From positions 97,954 through 161,953 of the forward strand of contig WRLO01000001.1 in the NCBI GenBank assembly GCA_009777575.1: a stretch of 64,000 nucleotides of DNA, written 5' to 3'. The notes under the pieces were generated by a model. The model did not search any database, had not been told where the DNA came from, and saw only the letters and a program-made list of their open reading frames with translations. Each line of letters begins with the position of its first letter. Positions within the stretch are counted from its first letter, which is position 1. This document shows, one piece after another, positions 9,886-20,066 of this stretch. Source of the stretch: Candidatus Cloacimonadota bacterium (lineage in GTDB: Bacteria; Cloacimonadota; Cloacimonadia; Cloacimonadales; WRIO01). A program made the position numbers and the translations under genes.

Positions 9886-10929
9886 ATGAAAGATAAATTT
9901 CAAGAAATTATAAAAAAGGCGACAATAGACATCGAAAATGTCCAGTCATTTCATGAATTAAACAACCTAAAATCTCGCTTTACAGGTAAAAAAAGCGAGA
10001 TTAAAGATTTTATGAAATACCTGAGTAGTATGACTCCTGAAGAAAGACCTGCTTTTGGAAAAATGGTGAATGATACTTTAGAAGAGATTGGAAAGCTACT
10101 TGAAGAAGCAGAACAAAGGCTTCAAGAAAACGATTATGAGAAAACAATAAAATCATCTCAATTTGATTATACAATGCCGGGTAGACCAGTTTTAAGAGGT
10201 GGAAAACATCCTTTGACATTGGTTCAAGAGCAAATCGAAGATGTTATGATTAGTATGGGGTTTCAAGTAGCTGAAGGTTTCGATATAGAAGATGATTATC
10301 ATAATTTTGATGCTTTAAATACTCCCAAAGATCATCCTTCACGAAACCTTGCTGATACTTTTTATGTTGTAAAAAATCATGATGAGGACTTATTATTAAG
10401 AACTCATACTTCACCTGCTCAGATAAGGGTAATGGAAAAGTATAAACCTCCGATAAAGATTATATCCCCAGGTAGAGCATATCGCAATGATAAGTTTGAC
10501 CCGACTCATTCTCCAGTTTTTCATCAATGCGAAGGATTGGTAGTAGATGAAGGAATCAGCTTTAAAGACCTGAGAGATACTATAGATATCTTGCTAAAAA
10601 AGATGTTTGGAAAAGGTTGTAAATCAAGGTTTAGGCCTCATTTTTTTCCTTTTACTGAGCCAAGTGCAGAGGTAGATGTAAGCTGCTTTAATTGTGCTGG
10701 AAAAGGTTGTTCTACTTGTAAAAATAGTGGTTGGATCGAGTTGTTTGGAGCAGGTATGGTTCACCCCAATGTCTTTGATATGGTAGGAATTGATAGCGAA
10801 AAATATACAGGATTTGCCTTTGGTTGCGGAATAGATAGGATAGCTATGTTAAAATTTCATATTCCCGATATTCGCATGTTATTTGAAAATGACATAAGGT
10901 TTCTGCAACAATTCACTTTTAGCCGATAA
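9886..10929 (+). CDS. pheS: Phenylalanine-tRNA ligase alpha subunit
   Basis: NFDALN, HPSR, LLRTHTSP, HSPVFHQ, FPFTEPSAE, GFAFG motifs. Confidence 0.98.
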   Translation: MKDKFQEIIKKATIDIENVQSFHELNNLKSRFTGKKSEIKDFMKYLSSMTPEERPAFGKMVNDTLEEIGKLLEEAEQRLQENDYEKTIKSSQFDYTMPGRPVLRGGKHPLTLVQEQIEDVMISMGFQVAEGFDIEDDYHNFDALNTPKDHPSRNLADTFYVVKNHDEDLLLRTHTSPAQIRVMEKYKPPIKIISPGRAYRNDKFDPTHSPVFHQCEGLVVDEGISFKDLRDTIDILLKKMFGKGCKSRFRPHFFPFTEPSAEVDVSCFNCAGKGCSTCKNSGWIELFGAGMVHPNVFDMVGIDSEKYTGFAFGCGIDRIAMLKFHIPDIRMLFENDIRFLQQFTFSR

Positions 10930-10959
10930 GGCTAGGAAATTTGGTTTTGAGAAAAAGAA

Positions 10960-13485
10960 ATGAATATAAGTTATAATTGGTTAAAAGAGATAATAGATAT
11001 TGATTTAAGCCCAGAGGAATTAGGTCATAAATTGACTTTTTCTGGAATAGAAGTAGAATCAGTTAAAAAAACTGGTGACTTGCTTAATAGTATCATCATA
11101 GCAGAAATTATTGAAAAAGAAAAACATCCAGAAGCAGATAAACTATCAGTTTGTATGGTTTTTGATGGAGATAATACACATCAAGTTGTATGTGGAGCTC
11201 CTAATTGTGCAAAAGGACAAAAAATAGCTTTTGCTCCTATAGGAACTGAATTTCCTGACTTAAAACTCAAAAAGGTGAAACTGCGTGGTGTAGAATCTCA
11301 TGGTATGATTTGTTCTGAACGAGAATTGGGACTATCAGATGAGCACGATGGTATTTTGGTTTTACCAGAATATACTAAAATAGGTAAAAATCTTGATAGT
11401 GTTTTAGGTATTTCGGACACAATTTATGAAGTAGAGATAACTCCTAATAGACCTGATTTGCTCGGAATGGTGGGAATAGCCAGGGATTTATCTGCTCAAC
11501 TGGGTTTAGAATTAAGAGAAGATTTCAATATTAAGCAACCAACATCGCAGATTTCTACAGAAAACGATAAGAATTTATCTTCAGACTTCTGTGTTGAAAT
11601 ACTCGAAACAGAGCTTTGTACCCGATATATAGCTGCTCGCATCAAGGGTGTTTCCGTGAAAGCATCTCCACAATGGTTGATAGATAAACTGAATATCGCA
11701 GAAATAAAGCCAATAAATAATGTAGTTGATATCACTAATTATGTGATGTATAAATATGGACATCCTTTGCATGCTTTTGACAGCAATAATGTAAAAGGAA
11801 ACAAGATAATAGTTCGAAAATCTCATCCCAAAGAGGTTTTTCCTGCTCTAGATAACAACATTTATTCTTTAACTGGAAACGAATTGGTGATAGCTGATAC
11901 TGAAAAAACAATAGCTTTAGCTGGTGTGATTGGTGGAAAAAATTCACATATTACAGAAGATACAACTGATATTATTCTTGAAGCCGCTTGTTTTAATAGT
12001 TCTCTGACTCGAAAAACAAGTAGTTCATTAAAAATATATACAGATTCTTCTTATCGTTTTGAAAGAGGGATGGCAGAAAAAACATGTGAGATAATTTCTT
12101 CAGAGGCAACAGAATTAATATTGAAACTAGCAGGTGGAGCTTTAGCAACAGAAATGATAGATGTATACCCCAATCATCAAAAACGACAAATCATAGCCTT
12201 ACGACCAGAGAGAGCAAGAAAACTTCTCGCAATTGATATTTCAGATTTAGAGATTGTGGGATATATGGAGCGATTGGGACTAAAAAAAATTCAAATCACC
12301 TCCCCTAATCCGACGACTGATGCAGAGAATAATAACATATTACATTTTGAAATTCCAGAGTTTCGTATTGATTTATTAAAAGAGATTGATTTAATAGAAG
12401 AAATAATTCGCTTGCATGGTTTTGAAAAGGTAAAATCAAGTCCAGAGGTGCAAAATATAATGAATACAGGTGTTTTTTATACTCGTAGAGGTATAAAAAA
12501 TGTATTCATGAACAATGGTTTTTTCGAAGCAGTAAATATTAGTTTTTCAGACCCAATCTACCTTGACATGTTAAATTTAGCCGAAGATGATAATCGAAGA
12601 GATACGGTCAAGATTTTAAATCCTCAAGGTGAAAGTTTTTCAATCATGAGATCAACTCTTTTACCCGGCTTACTAAAAAATACATTATTAAACCTGAATC
12701 ATGGTGCTGATAGTATTAAACTATTTGAATTGAATAAAGTGTTTTTTGAGCATGGACGAGGAAAAGATGATACAGAAAAAACAGATGATTTGAATAAATC
12801 ACATCTGCCTTTTCGAAACGAAGGTGGAAAAAACAAAAAATCTAAACTATCTGAAAAATGGAGACTTACTGGCGTTATGGCAGGCAAGTATAACCCTATC
12901 TACTGGAAAGAGAAGATAGAAGATGTAAGTTTTTATGATGTAAAAGGTATGTTTGACGGGAGTTTGTTGGGATATATTGGTATAAAAAATATTGATATAG
13001 TTCCTACTTCAGAACCATTTTATTTGCCCAACAATGGTTTTTCTATGATCCAAAAAGATGCTGTTTTAGGAAGTTTTGGTAGGCTTGACAAAAAAGTTCT
13101 GCAAAAATTTGACATCGATTGCGATGTGTATGTCTTTGATTTTGATTTTGATAAAATAATGGAAATAGCAGATTTTGAATTTTCAAAATTTAAGGAAATA
13201 CCTAAATATCCGATTGTATATAGAGATTTGTCTTTTATTATTTCTGAAGAATATAGGATAAATGATGTGATAAAAACAATTGTTGCAGTCAATCCGAAAA
13301 TAATTCAATTTGTTACACCATTTGACCAATTTAAAGGTAAGCAAATACCAGAAGGTTTTCGTAGTCTTTCAATTAATATTTCTTTAGTGTCCGAGACAAA
13401 AACCTTGACTGACGAGCAAATAAAAAATATCATGAATTCAATAATCAATAGATTATATGATAAATTTAAAATAGAGATGAGGTAA
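10960..13485 (+). CDS. pheT: Phenylalanine-tRNA ligase beta subunit
   Basis: HPEADKL, VVCGAPN, RGVESHGMICS, ITPNRPD, NNVVDITNY, SYRFERG, RDLSF. Confidence 0.98.
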   Translation: MNISYNWLKEIIDIDLSPEELGHKLTFSGIEVESVKKTGDLLNSIIIAEIIEKEKHPEADKLSVCMVFDGDNTHQVVCGAPNCAKGQKIAFAPIGTEFPDLKLKKVKLRGVESHGMICSERELGLSDEHDGILVLPEYTKIGKNLDSVLGISDTIYEVEITPNRPDLLGMVGIARDLSAQLGLELREDFNIKQPTSQISTENDKNLSSDFCVEILETELCTRYIAARIKGVSVKASPQWLIDKLNIAEIKPINNVVDITNYVMYKYGHPLHAFDSNNVKGNKIIVRKSHPKEVFPALDNNIYSLTGNELVIADTEKTIALAGVIGGKNSHITEDTTDIILEAACFNSSLTRKTSSSLKIYTDSSYRFERGMAEKTCEIISSEATELILKLAGGALATEMIDVYPNHQKRQIIALRPERARKLLAIDISDLEIVGYMERLGLKKIQITSPNPTTDAENNNILHFEIPEFRIDLLKEIDLIEEIIRLHGFEKVKSSPEVQNIMNTGVFYTRRGIKNVFMNNGFFEAVNISFSDPIYLDMLNLAEDDNRRDTVKILNPQGESFSIMRSTLLPGLLKNTLLNLNHGADSIKLFELNKVFFEHGRGKDDTEKTDDLNKSHLPFRNEGGKNKKSKLSEKWRLTGVMAGKYNPIYWKEKIEDVSFYDVKGMFDGSLLGYIGIKNIDIVPTSEPFYLPNNGFSMIQKDAVLGSFGRLDKKVLQKFDIDCDVYVFDFDFDKIMEIADFEFSKFKEIPKYPIVYRDLSFIISEEYRINDVIKTIVAVNPKIIQFVTPFDQFKGKQIPEGFRSLSINISLVSETKTLTDEQIKNIMNSIINRLYDKFKIEMR

Positions 13486-13489
13486 GATT

Positions 13490-13855
13490 ATGGAAGATTT
13501 TTTTTTAAAACCTCCAAGTGAGAAAACTCCAGAGCCCAAAACTCAGATGTCACTGGAAGATAAGATACAAAAACTAATCAAAATGTGTACTACTTACAAA
13601 GAAAAGTATGACGCTTTGAAAATAGATTTTGAAAAGACTTTGACAAGTAATATCGAATTGGAAGATGAAAAAACTCAAATTATTAGTGAGAAACATTTCT
13701 TAGAGCAAAGAGTTATACAACTAGATGCTGAGTTACAAGAAAAAATGTCAGAAATCGAAAAACTAAATGCTTCAAACAATGAGCTGGATAACATCACCAA
13801 AACAGCGGCTTTAAGAATAGATAAACTGCTATCTGAGTGTGAATTTGATATTTAA
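13490..13855 (+). CDS. Coiled-coil protein (ZapB-like position)
   Basis: Heptad-rich E/K/L sequence between pheT and zapA. Confidence 0.6.
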   Translation: MEDFFLKPPSEKTPEPKTQMSLEDKIQKLIKMCTTYKEKYDALKIDFEKTLTSNIELEDEKTQIISEKHFLEQRVIQLDAELQEKMSEIEKLNASNNELDNITKTAALRIDKLLSECEFDI

Positions 13856-13857
13856 AT

Positions 13858-14139
13858 ATGCCTGAAATGCAAATAGTTGATGTGTCGGTTCATGGCGTAA
13901 ATTTGAGATTGCTGAGTGAAGAGCCAGAAGAGGTAATTGCCCTTGCGAAAGAACTAGAAATGAACATAATTTCTTTGGTCAATCAGTATCCAAGGATAAA
14001 AGATATCAACCTTCTGACATTGGCTTGTCTAAAGGCTTTAGAAGATAATAAAAGACTGAAACTTGAAATTAAAGAGCTTGTCGCCGAAAGAGAAAAGCTA
14101 AATAATACGGTTCAAGGTTTTTTATATAGTATAGATTAA
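13858..14139 (+). CDS. zapA: Cell division protein ZapA family
   Basis: VDVSVHG-x-NLRL N-terminus, LLTLACL, C-terminal coiled coil; pheT-zapA-6S-rny synteny. Confidence 0.75.
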   Translation: MPEMQIVDVSVHGVNLRLLSEEPEEVIALAKELEMNIISLVNQYPRIKDINLLTLACLKALEDNKRLKLEIKELVAEREKLNNTVQGFLYSID

Positions 14140-14144
14140 ATATA

Positions 14145-14306
14145 GCCTGCGGTATTCGTGATAGGAAATTGTGATGGAACCAAAGTCCTATGGGGAATTG
14201 ATCCCTTGTTGCCATATAAACCTTTTGGAGAATGTGTCTACAGCAAGGTAGATGCCCACCTTATAAAAAAGGTTCAAAGGACAATACCTACACGATACTT
14301 GCGGGT
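14145..14306 (+). ncRNA. ssrS: 6S RNA
   Basis: Ends GCCTGCGGTATTCGTG / CACGATACTTGCGGGT pair; GAACC / GGTTC inner helix, GGGA and CCCACC flank a central bubble; canonical location between zapA and rny. Confidence 0.85.
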
Positions 14307-14358
14307 CCTATATTTTGAGTAGTTGTTTTCTAACAACTAAAAAAATGGAGGATAACCT

Positions 14359-15930
14359 ATGAGTCCCATAGTTTATATATTGTTGCCCTGCATGGGTTTA
14401 ATAGTTGGTTTAACTATATCGTTTCTGATTTATATCAGTAAAAAACAAACAGCCTTTCACGAAATTTCAAATACCAAGAAAATAGTGAATGATTTACTGG
14501 AAACTAGTAAGAAAGAAGCAGTTGCTTTGAAGAAAAAGGCTATTCTCGATGGTAAAGATGAATGGTTTAAAACACAAAAAGGTTATGAAAACGAAATCAA
14601 AGAAAGGCAATCAGAATTAAGGGTTAAAGAGAAAAAAGTCGATGAAAAGATGGAAAGCTTTGAAAAAAGACTAAATACCCTTGATAAAAAAGAATTTTCA
14701 TTGTCAGAGTATGAAAAAACACTGAAAAAGACAGAAAGTGACATTGAACGCAGAAAAGTAGACCTAGAACGAATAATCAATGATACAAAGAAAAAATTAC
14801 TTGAAGTTAGTGGTTTTACAAAAGAACAAGCTATTGATGCTATCCGAAAAGAATTACTTGACGACGCTCGCACTATCACAGCTAGCGAAATACGAAAAGA
14901 AATTGAACAATTGAAGATAGACGGACACAAAAAAGCAGTAGAAATAATCGCTACCGCAATCCAACGAATAGCAGTCGATCATGTGTCAGAAACTACTGTA
15001 TCGGTGGTGTCATTACCGTCTGATGAAATGAAAGGTCGAATTATTGGTCGCGAAGGCAGAAATATTAGGGCTTTTGAAAAAGCATCTGGAGTTGACCTAA
15101 TCATTGACGATACTCCTGAAGCGGTCGTTTTAAGCTGTTTTGACCCTGTGAGAAGAGAAGTTGCTAAAATCTCACTCGAAAAACTCATCTCTGATGGGAG
15201 GATTCATCCTGGAAGAATTGAAGAATTAGTAGAAAAAACCCGAAAAGAGATGGATTCAACTCTCATATCAGTGGGCGAAAAAGCCTGTCTCGATACAAAC
15301 ATACACAATATTTCCTCAAATATCATTAAATTGATTGGTAGATTGAATTACCGGACAAGTTATGGGCAAAATGTGTTACAACATAGCATTGAAACTGCTT
15401 GGATTTGTGGTGCAATGGCAGCTGAGCTTGGTCTGGATCAGGACATTGCAAGAAGATGCGGTTTTTTACATGATCTCGGTAAAGCTCTAGATCACGAGTT
15501 AGAGGGTTCACATGCAATACTCGGTGCAAATTTTGCCAGAAAAAATGGTGAAAGTAAACTTGTAGTAAATGCCATCGAAGCTCATCATGAGGAAATACCC
15601 GCAGAAAGCGTTTATGCTGTTCTTGTAATAGCTGCTGACGCAGTTTCTGGAGCAAGACCGGGTGCAAGACGTGAAGTACTGGCTACATATATGCAAAGAT
15701 TGGAAAAACTCGAAGACATAGCAAACAATATCGAAGGTGTTCACAAATCATATGCAATACAAGCAGGTAGAGAATTGAGAATAATTGTTGACCCAACAAA
15801 TATAAATGATGAAAAAACCGTTTTTGTTGCTACTGATATAGCTAAAAAAATAGAACAGGAAATCCAATACCCTGGTATTATCAAGGTGACCGTGATTAGA
15901 GAAACCCGTCAGACAGCGATAGCTAAATAG
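14359..15930 (+). CDS. rny: Ribonuclease Y
   Basis: N-terminal TM, coiled coil, KH motif MKGRIIGREGRNIR, HD motif LHDLGK, RPGARRE, AIQAGRE. Confidence 0.98.
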   Translation: MSPIVYILLPCMGLIVGLTISFLIYISKKQTAFHEISNTKKIVNDLLETSKKEAVALKKKAILDGKDEWFKTQKGYENEIKERQSELRVKEKKVDEKMESFEKRLNTLDKKEFSLSEYEKTLKKTESDIERRKVDLERIINDTKKKLLEVSGFTKEQAIDAIRKELLDDARTITASEIRKEIEQLKIDGHKKAVEIIATAIQRIAVDHVSETTVSVVSLPSDEMKGRIIGREGRNIRAFEKASGVDLIIDDTPEAVVLSCFDPVRREVAKISLEKLISDGRIHPGRIEELVEKTRKEMDSTLISVGEKACLDTNIHNISSNIIKLIGRLNYRTSYGQNVLQHSIETAWICGAMAAELGLDQDIARRCGFLHDLGKALDHELEGSHAILGANFARKNGESKLVVNAIEAHHEEIPAESVYAVLVIAADAVSGARPGARREVLATYMQRLEKLEDIANNIEGVHKSYAIQAGRELRIIVDPTNINDEKTVFVATDIAKKIEQEIQYPGIIKVTVIRETRQTAIAK

Positions 15931-16315
15931 TTTATTTCCAAATTGTAACTCCCTGCAAAATAGTCATGTGAAAGCCATGACATTTTCTGAAAGGTTTTAT
16001 TATCAGTCAGTTACGTTACAATGTCATTTTTCAAGGTGTCTGTTTCGATAATTTTATCTTCATAGAACTCTTCGCTCTATAACTCATCTAGTGGCTCGTT
16101 CATCAATGCTCGTAATTATGATATATAAGTTATTCCTTTTCTCATAGCAAAGTCGACAAATTCTACTGTTTTAATTTTGAATTCGTAGGCAAAGAACATC
16201 TCATAACAATATTCCTTAATTTCAAATTGTAAGTCAAGCAATATTTGATATGACGACTTTTATGTTTGCGATCTTTCTGGGTGTATATCATTACATAAAA
16301 CATACAGTTTATACT

Positions 16316-17216
16316 TAAAGCCTCCAGAAACCTCGTACATATCGCAAGAAAGCTCGAAAAGTATATCTAAAAGTAGCTCGTAAAAAGAACAAGACTCGCA
16401 AAGAAATCCGTAGAGGAATTGGTCAACAAATCAGATTCGTCAAAAGAAATTTAAAAATAATAGAAGCATATTTGTCCTCTGGTAGCGGATTGAAGCTAAA
16501 ACGAATTAAACGATTGTTAACAATTAAACAATTATTTTCTCAGCAGTTAGAAATGTTCAAAAAACAATAAAAATCAGGTCAAAAATCGTATTGTGAGTTT
16601 ATGTCAGCCCTGGGTGCGTCCTATTGTTAGAGGCAAAGCAAAAGCAAAGTGTGAATTTGGAGCTAAGATACAACTTAGTGTCACAGAGGGTTTTACAAGA
16701 TTAGAACGTATATCTTATGATGCATATAACGAAAGTGAAGATTTTATTGATATCATTGAGCGATGGAAAAAACGAAATGAGCATTATCCTGCAAAAGCAC
16801 TTGCAGACGAGATTTATCGTAACAAAAAAAATCTAATATATTGCAAAGAACATGGCATTGAGATGCTCGGAAAACCCTTAGGACGACCTAAAAAAGGAGT
16901 TGTAGCAGACAAAAAACGGACTCGACTCAACGAAATTAAACGAGTTGAAGTTGAACGTAAAATCAGCTATGCCAAAGGGTCTTATGGCTTAGGACTAGTC
17001 AAAACAAAACTTCAAACAACTAGTAAATCCGTAATAACTCTATCGATAATCGCTATGAATATAGCCCACGCAGTGAGGCTTATTTTTGTTCTAATTTTTA
17101 AAGCCGTTTTTTACCCAATAAAAAATAGAATAAATATGATTGGACTGACCAAATTACTCTATGACCAAAAAAATAATTGGCTAATTGGAAAAATTACTGT
17201 TGTTCAGTAGGCTTTA
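16316..17216 (+). mobile_element. Truncated IS5-family element
   Basis: Transposase remnant flanked by TAAAGCCTCCAGAA (16316-16329) and TTCAGTAGGCTTTA (17203-17216), 12/14 inverted match. Confidence 0.75.
16322..17210 (+). pseudogene. IS5-family DDE transposase, 5'-truncated and frameshifted
   Basis: KPRTYRKKARK...QQIRFVKRNL in one frame, extra A in the A6 run at 16559-16564, then NRIVSLCQPWVRPIVRGKAKAKCEFGAK...ADEIY...GKPLGRP...RVEVERK. Confidence 0.88.
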
Positions 17217-17318
17217 TTTAGATTTGGAAATAATGCCACCAGCATAGTTACAATATGTTAATGGAATCCATGTGTCGTAGGTCAATTTTTTTAATAATGA
17301 AATGAGTGGTATAAGGAA

Positions 17319-20066
17319 TCAATTTAAAATAAATTTTTTCAATTCCTCCAATTTTTGATATGCTTGTAAAGGTGTCAAATTGTTTAAATCTAAATCAATT
17401 ATCATATCTTTCAAAGAACTTATTTTTTGTTCTTTTTGATAAGTATCTTCTACTAAAATGTCAAATAGATTTACTTGGGCATTGTTATGTAATTGTTTTT
17501 TGATTTTTGCAGTTAGTCCTTGAGGACTGATTTCGATAGCTTCTAAATTTTTTAGTATTTCTTTAGCTCTGATAATAACTTTTTGAGGAACTCCAGCAAG
17601 CCTAGCTACTTGAATTCCATAACTTTGGTCAGCTCCTCCTCTTTCAATTTTTCTGATAAAGACGATTTTTTCATTCCATTCTTTTACAGAAATATTAAAA
17701 TTTTTGACACCTTCGAGGATATGTTCAAGTTCAGTTAGTTCATGATAATGTGTTGCAAATAGTGTTTTTGCAGAAATCTGCGGAGTATTATGAATAAACT
17801 CAACAATAGACCAAGCGAGTGATAGTCCATCAAAAGTGCTAGTGCCTCTCCCAATTTCATCGAGTAAAATTAAAGAATCAGTGGTAGCAGAATGTAAAAT
17901 ATTTGCAGTTTCAATCATTTCAACGAGAAAAGTGCTTTGACCCATAGCCAGATTGTCAGAAGCCCCTACTCTAGTAAAAATACGGTCAAAAACCGGAATA
18001 TTTGCATCTTCACAAGGTATAAAACAACCTATTTGAGCCATAAGTATACATAATCCAATCTGCCTTAAATATGTCGATTTTCCAGCCATGTTTGGTCCTG
18101 TAAGTAAAGCGATTTTATAATCTTTATTGTTTAAATAGACATCATTGGGAATAAATTGTTCTTCTGTAAGAATTTTTTCAATGACAGGGTGTCTGCAAGC
18201 GCTCATTTTTAGGATGCCTTCATTGTTGTAAACAGGTTTTTCATAGCGGTTTTGCCAACTGACAAAACCGAAATTTGCTAAAACGTCGAGTTGAGCGATG
18301 ATTTCTACATATTGTAGTAAAATATCAATTTTTAAACTCAGTTTTTTTCTTAGTTCTGAAAAAATTTCGTACTCTATACTTTTAATTCTCTCCTCAGCTC
18401 CGAGAACCCTAGATTCGTGTTCTTTTAATTGGGGAGAAATATATCGTTCACAATTTACAAGAGTTTGTTTACAGATATAGTGATTAGGAACTTTGTTTTT
18501 ATGTGTATTTGTTATTTCAATATAATACCCAAAAACTTTATTAAACCCGACTTTTAATGATGGAATCCCAGTATTTCTTTTTTCAGACTCTTCAAGTTTT
18601 GCAATCCAGCTTTTACCATCTTTAGAGATTTGCCTAAGTTCATCAAGCTCAGTATGGACACCTTCTTTGATGATATTGCCTTCAGTGATTGTATGGACAG
18701 GATTAGGCAGGATAGTGTTCTTAATAAGATTGATAATATCAATAAAATTTCCTATTTTACCTTTAAGCTCAGCAATCATAGATGATTTGTATTCAGACAA
18801 TACTTGAATGATAGCAGGTGAAGATTCAAGAAAGCTCACAAGAGTTAATAAATCTCTTGGATTGACTCTTAAAGTTGCGAGTTTGCTTATAATACGACTC
18901 AAATCACCAATCTCATTAAATAAATCTCTTAAATCTTTGGTCCAAGCTATTTTATCTTTGAAATCTTCAACAGCATCTTGTCGTGAATAAATATCCATGA
19001 TATTAATCAAAGGGTAGCTCATCCATTGATAAAGTAATCGTGACCCCATCGGAGTCTTTGTTTGATCTAAAACATCAATCAAAGATCCTTGTCGTCCTCC
19101 ATATCGCATGGATTGAAAAAGCTCGAGATTTCTTCTAGTAGTCTCATCAATAACCATAAAAGAATCTAAAGAATAATATCTGATAGAAGTAATATGATTC
19201 AGTTCTTCTTTTCTTAGATTTTTTATGTATGTGAGAGCTGCTGCTGCAGCAATCAAGGCATGTTTTTTATTTCTACCACCTATACTTTCAATAGTTTGAA
19301 TTTGAAAATGTCTTTTTAAAACAGAATTTGCTTCCTCAAAATCATAAAACCAGCTATTATGAATAGAAAAAGTGCAATTGTAGTCTAAATCGAGGTTTTT
19401 AATTTTTTCTAAGGTATTTTCACATTCTACAATAATTTCTTTAGGTTTTTGTCTAAGTAATTCGTCTTTTAGGTTCAAAACAGGGAGTTCAGTGAACAAG
19501 AAATCGCCAGTAGAGAGGTCAAGAAGTGCAAGCCCCGCTGTGAATTGCTGATTTATAGCAGATTTTTGAAAATTGTTTTCATTGCTATTTAATACAACCT
19601 CAGTGTTTTCTTGTTTTTTATCTTTTGAATCAATAAACACAGAAGCCAAAAAATTATTGCTATTTCCAGCAAGAAGTTTTTCGTCCAGAATAGCCCCAGG
19701 TGTGATAATCTCAACAATGTCTCTTTTAACAATGCCCTTAGCAAGTTTAGGGTCTTCTATTTGTTCTACAATCACAACTTTTTGTCCTGCTTTGACAAGT
19801 TTATCTAGATAAGAATCTAAGGCATGATATGGAAATCCAGCCATAGCTGGAGCATCTGCTTGTGATTTGTTTCTTGCAGTGAGTGTGATGCCTAGAATTC
19901 TAGCAGCAATCTTGGCATCATCAAAAAAAGTCTCAAAAAAATCTCCCATCCTGAAAAGAATCAACTTGTCAGGATGTTTTTTTTTCACATCCATAAATTG
20001 TTTTACAAAAGGTGTTATTTTGTTCCCGTTCATAATAACTTTTCGTTTTCTCCATTCGTTTCTCAC
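17319..20066 (-). CDS. mutS: DNA mismatch repair protein MutS (start may be 20033)
   Basis: FRMGDFFETF, TGPNMAGKST, STFLVEM, DEIGRGTSTFDG, ATHYHEL, SYGIQVA. Confidence 0.98.
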   Translation of the reverse strand: MRNEWRKRKVIMNGNKITPFVKQFMDVKKKHPDKLILFRMGDFFETFFDDAKIAARILGITLTARNKSQADAPAMAGFPYHALDSYLDKLVKAGQKVVIVEQIEDPKLAKGIVKRDIVEIITPGAILDEKLLAGNSNNFLASVFIDSKDKKQENTEVVLNSNENNFQKSAINQQFTAGLALLDLSTGDFLFTELPVLNLKDELLRQKPKEIIVECENTLEKIKNLDLDYNCTFSIHNSWFYDFEEANSVLKRHFQIQTIESIGGRNKKHALIAAAAALTYIKNLRKEELNHITSIRYYSLDSFMVIDETTRRNLELFQSMRYGGRQGSLIDVLDQTKTPMGSRLLYQWMSYPLINIMDIYSRQDAVEDFKDKIAWTKDLRDLFNEIGDLSRIISKLATLRVNPRDLLTLVSFLESSPAIIQVLSEYKSSMIAELKGKIGNFIDIINLIKNTILPNPVHTITEGNIIKEGVHTELDELRQISKDGKSWIAKLEESEKRNTGIPSLKVGFNKVFGYYIEITNTHKNKVPNHYICKQTLVNCERYISPQLKEHESRVLGAEERIKSIEYEIFSELRKKLSLKIDILLQYVEIIAQLDVLANFGFVSWQNRYEKPVYNNEGILKMSACRHPVIEKILTEEQFIPNDVYLNNKDYKIALLTGPNMAGKSTYLRQIGLCILMAQIGCFIPCEDANIPVFDRIFTRVGASDNLAMGQSTFLVEMIETANILHSATTDSLILLDEIGRGTSTFDGLSLAWSIVEFIHNTPQISAKTLFATHYHELTELEHILEGVKNFNISVKEWNEKIVFIRKIERGGADQSYGIQVARLAGVPQKVIIRAKEILKNLEAIEISPQGLTAKIKKQLHNNAQVNLFDILVEDTYQKEQKISSLKDMIIDLDLNNLTPLQAYQKLEELKKFILN

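Noticed and set aside
15960-16300. Gene between rny and the IS5 remnant
   Set aside because: Only short stop-interrupted minus-strand frames; may be decayed coding DNA but cannot be assigned
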